Part shown: positions 44,477 to 54,979 of the stretch, piece by piece
Numbering within the stretch: position 1 is the first letter of the stretch
Layout of the letters: every line of letters starts with the position of its first letter
Origin: Phycisphaerales bacterium
GTDB taxonomy: Bacteria; Planctomycetota; Phycisphaerae; Phycisphaerales; UBA1924
Assembly: GCA_965227775.1 (NCBI GenBank)
Contig: OZ245777.1
Span: 480,001-544,000, forward strand
Direction: 5' to 3'
Length of the DNA: 64,000 nucleotides
Translations under genes and position numbers: made by a program
Notes under the pieces: model-generated
Database searches by the model: none
Seen by the model: only the letters and a program-made list of their open reading frames with translations
What the model was told of the DNA's origin: nothing

Positions 44477-46315
44477 ATGACGACGACTGCATCCCAATCC
44501 CCCTCCCAAACCGGCGAAGCCGGAGTCCTCTCCACCGCCCGCACGGGCGACATCCACCTTTGGAGCCAGACCCTCATCCCAACCACGCGCGAGGCACCCG
44601 CCGACGCGACGACGCCCAGCCACGTCTTCCTTGTGCGGGCGGGATTCATCCGGCAGCTGGCCGCGGGGGTGTACGACTACCTGCCGCTGGCCTGGCGGAG
44701 CCTCCGCAAGATCCAGGAGATCGTGCGCCAGGAGCACGAGCGGATCGGGGCGATGGAGATGCTCTTCCCCGCGTTCGAGCCGATGAGCCTGCTGAAAGAG
44801 ACCGGCCGCGACGAGGCGTACGGCGACGACCTGTTCACGCTCGAGGACCGGCACGGGCGGGCGCTCGCGTTGGCCCCTACACACGAAGAACCCGTCGTCG
44901 AGATGATGAAGGGCGCGGTGACCTCGTATAAGCAACTCCCGCTGAGCCTGTACCAGATCCAGACCAAGTTCAGGGATGAACCAAGGCCGCGTTCGGGCCT
45001 GCTGCGCTGCCGCGAGTTCATCATGAAGGACGCGTACTCGTTCCACCTCAGTCAGCAGGGCGAGGGCGGGCTGGACGTGACCTACGACCACTTCTACGAC
45101 GCGTACACGCGGATCTTCACGCGGTGCGGCCTGACGTTCACCGCCGTCGAGGCCGAGAGCGGGCCCATCGGCGGCTCGGCCAGCCACGAGTTCATGGTGC
45201 ACGCCGAGAGCGGCGAGGACAAGGTGCTCGTGTGCCCGGCGAGCGGGTACGCGGCGAACGTGGAGAAGGCGGAGATCGGCGAGCGGGCGTGGTCGTTCGA
45301 CGGTGCTGCCTCGCAGGAGCTGAAGAAGCACCACACGCCGGAGATGCCGGGGATCGAGCTCGTTGCGGGGCACCTGGGCACGACGGCGGCGGGGATGCTC
45401 AAGACGATCGTCTTCGAGCGCGTGCTCAAGGACCCGGACAAGACGAAATACGTCCTGGCCGTCGTGCGCGGCGACCACGACGTGAACGAGGGCAAGGTGC
45501 GCGACGCCGTGGGCTCGGGCGTGAAGCTCGCCGACGAGGCGAAGGCGAAGGCCGACGGGCTGGCGATCGGCTACGTGAGCCCGAGCGCGTTCGCTAGGCT
45601 GACCGGAGCGACGATCGTGGTCGATGCCGATGCGGCCCAGGGCGCGACCGCCTGGGCGACCGGCGCCGACGAGATGGACCACCACGTCACGGGCTGGCAT
45701 TGGCAGCGTGACCTCGGCTACGAGACCGAGAAGCTCAAGGTCGCCGACATCCGCAACGCCGAGGAGGGCGACCCGTCGCCGAGGGCCGAGGGCGCGAGGC
45801 TCGAGACCCAGCGCGGCATCGAGGTCGGCCACATCTTCAAGCTGGGCACGAAGTACTCCGACGCGATGGAGTTCAAGGTGCTCGCTGAGGACCAGAAGCC
45901 GCGGTCGGTCACCATGGGCTGCTACGGCATCGGCGTCAGCCGGACCATGGCCGCGTGCGTCGAGATGAGCCACGACGACAACGGCATCGTCTGGCCGGCG
46001 GCCGTCGCCCCGTACCACGTGCAGATCATCCTCATGAAGCCCGAAGACGAGAAGCAGCGATCCGTCGCGGACGATCTGGCCCAGCAACTGGCCGCGAAGG
46101 GCGCCGACGTCTTGATCGACGACCGCAAGGAGCGCCCGGGCCCGAAGTTCAAGGACGCCGACCTGATCGGCATCCCTGTTCGCCTCACGCTGGGCGACAA
46201 GGCGCTGGACGCCGGGGGCGTGGAGTTCAAGCTCCGCAAGGACCAAGGGAAGGGCGAGGTCGTGCCGATGGCCGAAGTCGTCGATCGCTGCGTGAGCGCG
46301 CTGGAGAGCGCATGA
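44477..46315 (+). CDS. proS: Proline--tRNA ligase with editing insertion
   Basis: LAPTHEE, YQIQTKFRDEPRPRSGLLRCREFIMKDAYSF, GIEVGHIFKLGTKYS and MGCYGIGVSR motifs. Confidence 0.97.
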   Translation: MTTTASQSPSQTGEAGVLSTARTGDIHLWSQTLIPTTREAPADATTPSHVFLVRAGFIRQLAAGVYDYLPLAWRSLRKIQEIVRQEHERIGAMEMLFPAFEPMSLLKETGRDEAYGDDLFTLEDRHGRALALAPTHEEPVVEMMKGAVTSYKQLPLSLYQIQTKFRDEPRPRSGLLRCREFIMKDAYSFHLSQQGEGGLDVTYDHFYDAYTRIFTRCGLTFTAVEAESGPIGGSASHEFMVHAESGEDKVLVCPASGYAANVEKAEIGERAWSFDGAASQELKKHHTPEMPGIELVAGHLGTTAAGMLKTIVFERVLKDPDKTKYVLAVVRGDHDVNEGKVRDAVGSGVKLADEAKAKADGLAIGYVSPSAFARLTGATIVVDADAAQGATAWATGADEMDHHVTGWHWQRDLGYETEKLKVADIRNAEEGDPSPRAEGARLETQRGIEVGHIFKLGTKYSDAMEFKVLAEDQKPRSVTMGCYGIGVSRTMAACVEMSHDDNGIVWPAAVAPYHVQIILMKPEDEKQRSVADDLAQQLAAKGADVLIDDRKERPGPKFKDADLIGIPVRLTLGDKALDAGGVEFKLRKDQGKGEVVPMAEVVDRCVSALESA

Positions 46316-47040
46316 GCGTGCTGCTCAACGCGAAAGACGTTCACAAGACCTACAAGCTGGGCCGCGTGCCCGTGCCGGTGCTGCGTGGCGCTTCGATCAC
46401 CCTCAAGGAAGGCGAGTGGGTCGCGATCTTGGGCGCCTCGGGCAGCGGCAAGAGCACGCTGCTGCACCTGATCGGCGGATTGGACAAGCCCCAGGACGGC
46501 ACAATCATCTTCCAGGGGCGCGACATCTCCCGCCTCGGGCCGGGCGGGCTGAACCGCTACCGCTCGCGCGACGTGGGCATCGTCTTCCAGTTCTACCACC
46601 TGCTGCCCGAGCTCGACGTGATGGGCAACGTGCTACTGGGCGCAATGACCCAGGGCGTGCTGGGCCGGAAGGTGCCGGCCGAGCGGAGGTCGCGGGCGAA
46701 GGAGCTGCTAACGGCCTTCGGCCTGGGCGAGCGCTTGCGGCACAAGCCGGCTCAGCTCAGCGGCGGCGAGCGCCAGCGGGTGGCGATCGCCCGGGCTCTG
46801 ATCGCCGACCCCCCACTCCTACTGGCCGACGAGCCCACGGGCAACCTCGACCAGCACACCGGTGAGGGCATCCTCGACGCCCTCGAGAAGGTCGTACGGC
46901 CGGATGACCCGGACGCCCCGAAGCGCGCCATGCTCATGGTCACCCACGACCAGCACGTAGCCGAGCGGGCCGACCGGATCGTGCAGATGGTGGACGGGCA
47001 GATCGTCGAAGCCGAGGCGGTCGCACAAGCTAAGGGATAG
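46312..47040 (+). CDS. LolD-like ABC transporter ATP-binding protein
   Basis: GASGSGKST, LSGGERQRVAIARAL, ADEPTGNLD and VTHD motifs. ATGA overlap with proS. Confidence 0.9.
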   Translation: MSVLLNAKDVHKTYKLGRVPVPVLRGASITLKEGEWVAILGASGSGKSTLLHLIGGLDKPQDGTIIFQGRDISRLGPGGLNRYRSRDVGIVFQFYHLLPELDVMGNVLLGAMTQGVLGRKVPAERRSRAKELLTAFGLGERLRHKPAQLSGGERQRVAIARALIADPPLLLADEPTGNLDQHTGEGILDALEKVVRPDDPDAPKRAMLMVTHDQHVAERADRIVQMVDGQIVEAEAVAQAKG

Positions 47041-47218
47041 CACTTATTCGGATTGCGGGGTCTCTGGTTGGTCCCCACTAGGTTCCACCCCGCGCCGGGC
47101 GGTGATGGCGCGTAGTATGCTCGCGATTGGGCTCGCCCTGGGGGGCAAGGGGCCGTTCGGTCGCCGAACGCCGTTGCACCCTCGTTGCCGCGGGCCACAG
47201 GGCAGGGAACCCAGCACG

Positions 47219-48082
47219 TTGACACCCACGGGCGCCACCGGACAGCACGCTTCGGCCGACTCGGCCCATACGGCCTCCTCGCCGGCAAGCGGGCGACCAA
47301 TCACGCTGCGCGGTCTGAGTGGCACGGTTCCGGCGACGGTCGAGGAGGTTGGCGCTGGCGCGGCCGTCGTATTCCTGCACGGGCTCGTGGGCCTGAACGA
47401 ACACTGGGAAGAGGTCGTCCGCCTGGCCGAACCGAGCGTGCGGTGCGTGCTGCTGCAGGTGCCGCTGCTCGATCTGCGCGGCGAGGATTGCTCCATCGAC
47501 GGCGTCACGGCCCTGACGATCGATTTTCTCGAGAAGCACTTCGATCACCCGGTCGTGCTCGTGGGCAACAGCTTCGGCGGTCACGTGGCGTTGCGCGTCG
47601 CGTTGCAGCGGCCCAACCTCGTCCGGGGCCTCGTGCTCGCGGGCAGCAGCGGGCTCATCGAGAAGTCGATGGTCAGCGACATCCAGCTCAGACCCAGCCG
47701 TGGCTGGCTGGAACGCAAGATCGGCGAGTTGTTCTTCGATCCCGCGACGCACATGCGCAGCAGCGACATCGAGCGCGCCTACCAGCAGCTCAGCGAGCGC
47801 GGCGGCGCGCGTGCGATGGTCCGGCTCAGCCGCAGCGCTCGGCGGAACCACCTGGGCTCGCGCATGAGCGGCATCGGCGCACCCACGCTGCTGATCTGGG
47901 GTAAGCAGGACATCGTCACGCCGCCCGAGGCCGCCGAGCAGTTCGCATCGATGCTCGGCCGCTCGCGGCTGGTCTGGTTCGACCGCTGCGGGCACGTGCC
48001 CATGATGGAGCACCCCGAACCGTTTGCGCAAGAGCTCGTCGAGTTCGTCGAGTCGCTTGGCCCCGAGAAGCCGGACGGGTAG
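47219..48082 (+). CDS. Alpha/beta fold hydrolase
   Basis: FLHGL, nucleophile elbow GNSFGG, WGKQD and CGHVPMMEHP. Start uncertain (TTG 47219). Confidence 0.85.
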   Translation: MTPTGATGQHASADSAHTASSPASGRPITLRGLSGTVPATVEEVGAGAAVVFLHGLVGLNEHWEEVVRLAEPSVRCVLLQVPLLDLRGEDCSIDGVTALTIDFLEKHFDHPVVLVGNSFGGHVALRVALQRPNLVRGLVLAGSSGLIEKSMVSDIQLRPSRGWLERKIGELFFDPATHMRSSDIERAYQQLSERGGARAMVRLSRSARRNHLGSRMSGIGAPTLLIWGKQDIVTPPEAAEQFASMLGRSRLVWFDRCGHVPMMEHPEPFAQELVEFVESLGPEKPDG

Positions 48083-48106
48083 GCCCCGCACGTGGCACGC
48101 ACCCCG

Positions 48107-49738
48107 ATGACGAACCAGACCGGCGGCCTGCGATGGACCTCGCTCATCGGCGTGGGCCTGCACGCGCGCGTCGCCGGCCGGGCAAAGAAGCTTCGCAAGC
48201 ACGACTACTGGAACGCCAACACCGCGTACATACAGCGCGCCCAGTTGCGTTCACTGCTCGAGCAGGCCAAGGACACCGCGTTCGGCCGTGAGTATGGCTT
48301 CGCAAGCGTGCTGAAGGCAGGCGATGCGGATATCGCGGGCGAGTACCGCAAGGTCGTGCCTGCGCGCGACTACGTGGCGTTCCTGCCCTACGTCCAGCGG
48401 ATGGTCGAGGGAGCCGAGCCGGACGTGCTCTGGCCGGGATTGGTCAAGCAGTTCTGCCAGACGAGCGGCACCACGGCGGGCGACAAGCGCATCCCGATCA
48501 GTGATGCGATGATGAAGAGCAACTTCAAGGCGTCGCTGGACATCTTCTCGCACGCCGTCAACTGGGGCGTGTCGATCCCCAAGCTCTTCGGCGGGCGGGC
48601 CCTGTTCCTTGGCGGTTCGAGCGCGCTCGAGCGGCAGGACAACGGCATGCTCATCGGCGATCTGTCGGGCATCGCGACCCAGCAGATCCGGTGGCCGCTC
48701 AGCGAGATCTATTCGCCGGGCAAGGACATCGCGCTCATGGACCACTGGCCGAGCAAGCTCGACGCCATGGCCGAGCTGACGAGCCAGCAGGACATCCGCA
48801 TGATCAGCGGCATGCCCAGCTGGACCGTCTCGCTCATGGAGAAGGTGCTCACCAAGACCGGCAAGCAACGCATCGATGAGGTCTGGCCCAACCTGACACT
48901 GTTCACGCACGGCGGCGTGCGATACGACCCCTTCGAGCCCACCGTGCGGCGGCTGTTCACCGGCGGCGAGCGCGACATCCCGGTCCGACTGGAGCTATAC
49001 CCCGCGAGCGAGGGGTTCATCGCCGTCCAGGACGAGTTCGGCGAGCCGAGCATGCGCCTCAACGCCGACCACGGCAATTTCTACGAGTTTGTCCGGCTCG
49101 AGGACATCGGCAAGGACGACGCTCCGGCCGTCTGCGCTGATGAGGCCGAGCCGGGCCAGCGATACGTGGTGGTGATGAGCACGTGCGCTGGGCTGTGGCG
49201 GTACGTCATCGGCGACGTCGTGGTCTTCGACAGCGTGCCGAACCGCATGGGCTGGGGCGGGGGGACCGGTCCGGCCCGGTTGCGAATCGTCGGGAGGCAC
49301 AAGCTGTTCATCAACGCGTTCGGCGAGAACCTGATCGTCGAAAATATCGAGACGGCCGTGGCGCACGCAGCCCGCGAGACGGGCATCGAGGTCGGCGAAT
49401 TCACCGCTTCGCCGGTGTATCCAAGCGACGGGGTGCGGTCTGGGCTGCAACTGGCCGTCGAGGTCGTCCGCCAGGGCGACTTGGGGCAGTTCGCAGAGGC
49501 CTTCGACGCCAAGCTCCAAGGCGAGGTGGTCGACTACCGCGTGAAGCGGACCGACGGGCTTGGCATGGCGCCGCCCATCGTGACGCCGCTCGAGCCCGGC
49601 GCGATCCATCGGTGGATGGAATCTCGCGGCAAGCTGGGCGGGCAGCACAAGGTGCCGCGATGCGCAAACCACCGCGAGTTCATGGACGCCCTGGCTGGTC
49701 CCGTCGGAGCAAGCCCGGCGGCCGCGAACCGCCCATAA
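48107..49738 (+). CDS. GH3 family acyl-adenylate/amido synthetase (bacterial GH3)
   Basis: QTSGTTAGDKRIP, YPASEGFIA, GLWRYVIGDVV, FINAFGENL and KLGGQHKVPR motifs. Confidence 0.9.
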   Translation: MTNQTGGLRWTSLIGVGLHARVAGRAKKLRKHDYWNANTAYIQRAQLRSLLEQAKDTAFGREYGFASVLKAGDADIAGEYRKVVPARDYVAFLPYVQRMVEGAEPDVLWPGLVKQFCQTSGTTAGDKRIPISDAMMKSNFKASLDIFSHAVNWGVSIPKLFGGRALFLGGSSALERQDNGMLIGDLSGIATQQIRWPLSEIYSPGKDIALMDHWPSKLDAMAELTSQQDIRMISGMPSWTVSLMEKVLTKTGKQRIDEVWPNLTLFTHGGVRYDPFEPTVRRLFTGGERDIPVRLELYPASEGFIAVQDEFGEPSMRLNADHGNFYEFVRLEDIGKDDAPAVCADEAEPGQRYVVVMSTCAGLWRYVIGDVVVFDSVPNRMGWGGGTGPARLRIVGRHKLFINAFGENLIVENIETAVAHAARETGIEVGEFTASPVYPSDGVRSGLQLAVEVVRQGDLGQFAEAFDAKLQGEVVDYRVKRTDGLGMAPPIVTPLEPGAIHRWMESRGKLGGQHKVPRCANHREFMDALAGPVGASPAAANRP

Positions 49739-49841
49739 GCCGGCCGCTCGCAGAGAAGCCGCGGGCGCGGCGCACTATCCTTGCATCGCCCGCACACCGC
49801 CCGCGAGAGCCTGGGGCGAGCTTGCCCGTACAAAGCCCTTT

Positions 49842-51734
49842 ATGCGCATCCTGATCTCCAACCCGGACACCATCGGCGACGTCGTCTTGCGCGAGCCGCT
49901 CTTTCGTGCGCTGGCGGAGGCCGGGCACGAGCTGGCACTGATTGTGAGTCCGCTGGTGCAGCCGATCGCTCGGGCGGTTGCCCCGACGGCCCGACTGATC
50001 GAGCTGCCCTTCAACGTGTACGACGGGAAACTCGATGCCGAAGACGAGCGGCTTGACCCGCTCGTTGAAACGGTGGCCGAATTCGATCCCGAGGTGATCA
50101 TCGGCGCACCGTTCACGTGGACGCTCCTCGAAGAGCGGCTGTGCGCGGCGTTCCCCGACGCCCGGAGCATCGGCCAGGCGGGCGGCAAGTTCCTCGACCC
50201 GGGTGTGGGCCGCGACGGCGCAACACCCGAGCCGTTCGACGAGGTCGTTCGCGTGAACGAAGACCTGCACGAACTGCGCAAGACTGAAGCGCTGGCGCGT
50301 GCCATGCTGGGCTCAGGCGTCCATCTTGATGAGCCCCGGCTCGTGCTCGATGACGAGTTGCAGACCTCTGCGGACGCCGTGCTCGGTCGTCTTGAGCTCG
50401 AGCGAGGATCGTTCGTGGCCGCATGCGTGGGCCATCACGAGTACACCGCCGTTCGCAACTGGCGGCCCGAGCGATGGGCCGAGGCGCTTTCGCACTGGAT
50501 GGAGCGATACGAGCGGCCGGTACTGCTGCTGGGGGCCGCGGGCGAGGCCGAGGTCGCACGCACGATCGGCGATGCGCTCGAGACGAAGGGCCTCGAACCG
50601 AGGCACTGGTTCGGCGGGCCCGAGGGCGACACGCTGCTGCTCGCGGCGTTGCTCGACGCGTCGCGTGGGTACGTCGGGCGAGACACCGGGCCGATGCACC
50701 TGGCCGCGGCGCTTGGCAAGCCTGTGCTGGCTGTCTTCGGCGGAGGCACGTGGCCCCGATTCCGGCCGCTCGTCAAGCCGAGCGTGTCAATCACGCTTTC
50801 GGTGCCGTGCTCTCCGTGCGATTGGCGCTGCGAGCAGCGTCGCTCGCATTGCGTCAAGGACGTACCAGTGAGCGCCGTGACGGCGCAGATCGATCTGCTC
50901 GAAGCCGGGAAGATCGAGAGCGCCGACGTCGTGCAGATCGAACCCAGCCGGGCGATGCTCGTGGGCATGGCGGGCGATGCGGCCCGCGCGGCCCAGCAGT
51001 ATCGCGCCGAGCTGTCGGTGGCCCGCCGAACGATCGCGAAGAAGGACCAAGAATCTCGGAGGAAGACGATGAGCGAGAACGCAGTCATGCAGCGGCTCGA
51101 CAGGCTCGAGCAAGCACTGCGAGATTCGAAGTCCAACGAAGCGGAGCGGCGAGCGAGCGAGGTTGCCCAGAAGCTCACGCAGAACACGCAGGCGCTCGAG
51201 CAGGCACGCAAAGAACTCGCCCGGGCCGTCGAGCGGGCCAATGAGGCAGACCAGAACACGTCGAGCCTGAAGGCCGAGATCGAGAAGCTGCGTTCGCAGC
51301 TCGGCGAGACACGCCAACAGCTCGAAGCTTCCGAGGCCAAGGCGGCCCGGGCAGAAGAAGCTCGTACGCAGATCGCAATGCAGCGCGATGCTGCCGAGCA
51401 CGAGGCCGCGGACCTGCGCGCGAAGTACACGGGCGTCGATATCCCCAAGCTGCGCGCCGATCTGTCGAACGCGCGCCGGCTGGTTGGAACGCTGCAGGGC
51501 CAAAGCAACGACTTGCGGCTGCGTGCCGACCAGTTGCTGGAAGAGCGCCGAGCCATGGAGAAGCTGGCCGACCAGCGGCTGGTGGCGATGCACAACCTCG
51601 AGAACAAGCTGGGTGAGTTGCTGGCCAGCCGGTGGCGGCAGATGGGCCAGCGACTGCATGTCGCGATGGTGCTGCCGTGGGAAGACGCCGAGCGGCGCCG
51701 CCTGCTGGGTACGGGCACGAACGGGCAGCACTAG
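49842..51734 (+). CDS. GT9 (heptosyltransferase-like) glycosyltransferase fused to a long coiled coil
   Basis: DTIGDVVL, RNWRPERW, GRDTGPMHLAAALGKPVLAVFG, CSPC...C, then about 200 aa of heptad repeats. Confidence 0.85.
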   Translation: MRILISNPDTIGDVVLREPLFRALAEAGHELALIVSPLVQPIARAVAPTARLIELPFNVYDGKLDAEDERLDPLVETVAEFDPEVIIGAPFTWTLLEERLCAAFPDARSIGQAGGKFLDPGVGRDGATPEPFDEVVRVNEDLHELRKTEALARAMLGSGVHLDEPRLVLDDELQTSADAVLGRLELERGSFVAACVGHHEYTAVRNWRPERWAEALSHWMERYERPVLLLGAAGEAEVARTIGDALETKGLEPRHWFGGPEGDTLLLAALLDASRGYVGRDTGPMHLAAALGKPVLAVFGGGTWPRFRPLVKPSVSITLSVPCSPCDWRCEQRRSHCVKDVPVSAVTAQIDLLEAGKIESADVVQIEPSRAMLVGMAGDAARAAQQYRAELSVARRTIAKKDQESRRKTMSENAVMQRLDRLEQALRDSKSNEAERRASEVAQKLTQNTQALEQARKELARAVERANEADQNTSSLKAEIEKLRSQLGETRQQLEASEAKAARAEEARTQIAMQRDAAEHEAADLRAKYTGVDIPKLRADLSNARRLVGTLQGQSNDLRLRADQLLEERRAMEKLADQRLVAMHNLENKLGELLASRWRQMGQRLHVAMVLPWEDAERRRLLGTGTNGQH

Positions 51735-51779
51735 GGCCGCATGACGCAAGCCGACCGGGATTCTGAAGGGGAGCGATCG

Positions 51780-54700
51780 ATGAGCACGACCCGCACCACG
51801 AGCACGGGACTGTTGCACCAAGCCCGGCGACTTACTGAGAACGCACGCGCGTTGGATGCTGGCGCAACACTGACCGACGCGCTCGAGGCGGCATTGGAAG
51901 GCGAACAGGGCGTCGTGCTCGTAGGCGGTGAGCCGCAAGGCGAGGTGCTGCGCGCGCTCGAGGCTGCGTGCGGCGAGCGGGGATGGCAGGCGTACATCGC
52001 AACAGGTATTGCCGAAGCCGCCAAGGGAGTTACCGACAAGCTGCGCCGAGCCGTGATCGTCGAGCACAACGCGGTGGAGTTCCTCCGCACGCTGCCGGTG
52101 AAGCCCTGTGTCTCGATCTTGAATGGAGAGATTGCACTCTCGGCCGTCGCGGACGCGAGCTGCGATGGTGGTCTTGCAATCGTCTTGGGTGGGCACACCG
52201 AGGGAAACACCCAGTGGGACTTGGTACGCCCAGGCGATGGATTCGCGCTTCTCGCACGCGCGAGTTCGGCGTCGGGCGTCATGCCCGTGCGACTCGATGA
52301 CGAAGTGTTCGGGCGCCTGAGCGACCTGACCCGTCGTGCGCTGAGCGAGGGCCCGACGCCCGCGCCTGAAGCAACCATGCGTACGCCGGCGGTTGTGGCG
52401 CCTGCTGGTTTCGGGAGCCACAAGACACGGCACGAGCTCGTCAAGATGGTGACGCACGCACGCGACGTGCTGGTGCCGAAGCGCGATCGGCGCTTGCTCA
52501 AGGACCTCAGCCGATGGCCGTGGGTGGTGCCGCAAGGCAAACCGCTGCCGCCGACCATGCCTGATGGCTCACCATGGCCCAAGATCTCGATCGTGACGCC
52601 TACATACAACCAGGGTCACTTTATCGAAGAGACGATCCTCTCGATCATCCACCAGGGGTACCCGAACCTCGAGCACATCCTGATGGATGGCAAGTCAACT
52701 GATGACACCATGGAGGTTGTCGATCGGTACCGGGACCACTTCTCGGTGATCGTGTCTGAGAAGGACGATGGCCAGAGCGACGCTATCAACAAGGGCTTCG
52801 AACGCGCTACCGGCGACATCTTCACCTGGATCAACAGCGACGACATGGTTGCACCCGGCGCCCTTGCCGCCGCCGCCATCGCCTTCAAGACGAGCGGGGC
52901 CGACTTCATCAATGGCATCTCGCAGGTGTTCCGCGAGGATCGCATGGTGCACCAGTGCATCACCAGTTGCGGCGAGGGGCCGATGCCGCTCCAGGACATG
53001 CTCGACCTGGAGAACTGCTGGCTGACCGGCCAGTTCTGGTGGCAGCCCGACTGCTTCTTCACGAAGGACCTGTGGGACCGGGCCGGCTCGCACGTTCGTG
53101 TCGACTGGTATTACTCGATGGACTACGAGCTGTGGCTTCGGATGGCCCAAGCGGGCGCACGCGTGCACAGCATCGGGCGGCCCATCGTGTGGTTCCGTAC
53201 GCACGAAGACCAGAAGACCAGCGAGGGCGATGGCGGCGGGTTCAAGGGCGAACTTCCCAAGGTCGTCATCGACCACTGCGAGAAGCACGGCATCGTGCGC
53301 GAGGAACGGCCGAAGGAGCAGGTCAAGCAGCGGCTTCGCGTGGCGTTCTTCAACGACGTGGGTTTCGAGTACGGCGCGGGCATCGCGCACAAGCGGCTGG
53401 CCCAGGCATTCGCGCTTGCTGGTCACGAGGTGCACGCCGTCGCCGCGACGCACCCGGAGCCCATCCGCGAGCACCCATCGGTGAGCGCGGGCGACGTGCT
53501 AACGGCGCTCAAGGGCATCGACCCAGACCTGGTCGTCATCGGCAATGTGCACGGCGCCGACGTTTCGCCGGAGGTGCTCGGTGCCATCGCGGCCGAACAC
53601 GAGACCGTGTTCCTGATGCACGACATGTGGCTGCTGACCGGCAAACAGACGTATACCGCGGACAGCACGCACCACCTCGATGGCACGGTATCGGAGGAAG
53701 CCATCAAGGCGACCTATCCGAGGCTGCCCGCCGACCGCATCCGCTGGTCGTGGGAGACGAATCGACGCTTCCTGACCGGCTCCGATCGGTTGACGGTGCT
53801 CACAAATAGCCGTTGGCTGGCCCACCGGACCGAGGAAGCGCTCGAGCAGCCCAACACGCAAGAGAACGGCCAGGCGGCGTTCGACCTCGGCGGGCGTACG
53901 TCGGTGCTGCCGATCGCGCTGGGATTGGATACCAAGATCTTCAAGCCCCGCGACAAGGCGACCTGCCGCGATGCGCTCGGCCTCCCGCAGGATGACTTCT
54001 TGATCATGGCCTCGGCGTGCTCGCTCGATGACGAGCGCAAGGGCATTGCGCACCTTGCCAAGGCGTTGAAGCAGCTCAACCTACCCGATGCCACGGTCGT
54101 CGGCGTGGGCTACGTGCCGCCGAACGCCAAGCCGCCGATCCCGGGCATGCGCGCGATGGGCTACATGCGCGACCCACAGCAGCTCGCGATGCTCTACTCG
54201 GCCTGCGACCTCTTCGTTGCACCGAGCACCGACGAAGCGTTTGGCCAGGTGTTCATCGAGGCGGCGGCGTGCGGCACACCGGCGATCGGCTTCCCCGTGG
54301 GCGGCGTGCCCGAAGCCGTCACGCACGGCGTCACCGGATTGGTCGCACGCGAGGTGTCGGCGGAAGCGCTGGCCGAGGCGATCGACACGCTCTACCGCGA
54401 CGACGCATACCGACGCAACCTCGGTCAGTGGGCCCGCATCCACGCCGAGAACGAGTGGAGTCTGTTCACGAGTTACCAGCGGATTCACGTCGCCCTGACG
54501 CAGAGCGGGGCCGGCAAGCGCATCGGCCTGAGTCGCAAGATCGACTTTACGCGACCCGCGCCGGTTCCCGAGCAGGCAACGCTCTTGCCCACGACCGGCC
54601 CGGCGTACGAGCCGCGCTTCGGCTTCGATCACTGGGAGGGGCCGAACCAGGATCAGAATCTTGGCCGATTCCGCTGGCTCCGTGGCACTTCGGCCGCGGT

Positions 54701-54971
54701 GCTTCATGCACACAAGGCGGGCTCGGCCAAGCTCGCGATCACCTGTCGAAACCTGCACAAGGGCCAGCGGCTGCGCGTCGTGCTCAATGGCTCGGTCGTG
54801 CACGAGGATTCGATTCCCGTGACGGCGCCGCGAACCGACCACGCGCTGACGCTGCCCGTGAAGGTCTCCCAGGGCGCGAACCACCTGCAACTGCACTTGT
54901 GGAAGTGGAACCAGGCGCAGGGCCGGCCAATCGCGCTCATGCTGACGGATCTACGGCTGATCGAAGACTGA
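51780..54971 (+). CDS. Multidomain GT2 + GT4 glycosyltransferase
   Basis: GT2 motifs KISIVTPTYNQG, DGKSTD and WINSDD. GT4 motif EAFGQVFIEAAACGTP. Start may be 51741. Confidence 0.88.
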   Translation: MSTTRTTSTGLLHQARRLTENARALDAGATLTDALEAALEGEQGVVLVGGEPQGEVLRALEAACGERGWQAYIATGIAEAAKGVTDKLRRAVIVEHNAVEFLRTLPVKPCVSILNGEIALSAVADASCDGGLAIVLGGHTEGNTQWDLVRPGDGFALLARASSASGVMPVRLDDEVFGRLSDLTRRALSEGPTPAPEATMRTPAVVAPAGFGSHKTRHELVKMVTHARDVLVPKRDRRLLKDLSRWPWVVPQGKPLPPTMPDGSPWPKISIVTPTYNQGHFIEETILSIIHQGYPNLEHILMDGKSTDDTMEVVDRYRDHFSVIVSEKDDGQSDAINKGFERATGDIFTWINSDDMVAPGALAAAAIAFKTSGADFINGISQVFREDRMVHQCITSCGEGPMPLQDMLDLENCWLTGQFWWQPDCFFTKDLWDRAGSHVRVDWYYSMDYELWLRMAQAGARVHSIGRPIVWFRTHEDQKTSEGDGGGFKGELPKVVIDHCEKHGIVREERPKEQVKQRLRVAFFNDVGFEYGAGIAHKRLAQAFALAGHEVHAVAATHPEPIREHPSVSAGDVLTALKGIDPDLVVIGNVHGADVSPEVLGAIAAEHETVFLMHDMWLLTGKQTYTADSTHHLDGTVSEEAIKATYPRLPADRIRWSWETNRRFLTGSDRLTVLTNSRWLAHRTEEALEQPNTQENGQAAFDLGGRTSVLPIALGLDTKIFKPRDKATCRDALGLPQDDFLIMASACSLDDERKGIAHLAKALKQLNLPDATVVGVGYVPPNAKPPIPGMRAMGYMRDPQQLAMLYSACDLFVAPSTDEAFGQVFIEAAACGTPAIGFPVGGVPEAVTHGVTGLVAREVSAEALAEAIDTLYRDDAYRRNLGQWARIHAENEWSLFTSYQRIHVALTQSGAGKRIGLSRKIDFTRPAPVPEQATLLPTTGPAYEPRFGFDHWEGPNQDQNLGRFRWLRGTSAAVLHAHKAGSAKLAITCRNLHKGQRLRVVLNGSVVHEDSIPVTAPRTDHALTLPVKVSQGANHLQLHLWKWNQAQGRPIALMLTDLRLIED

Positions 54972-54979
54972 CACCACCG

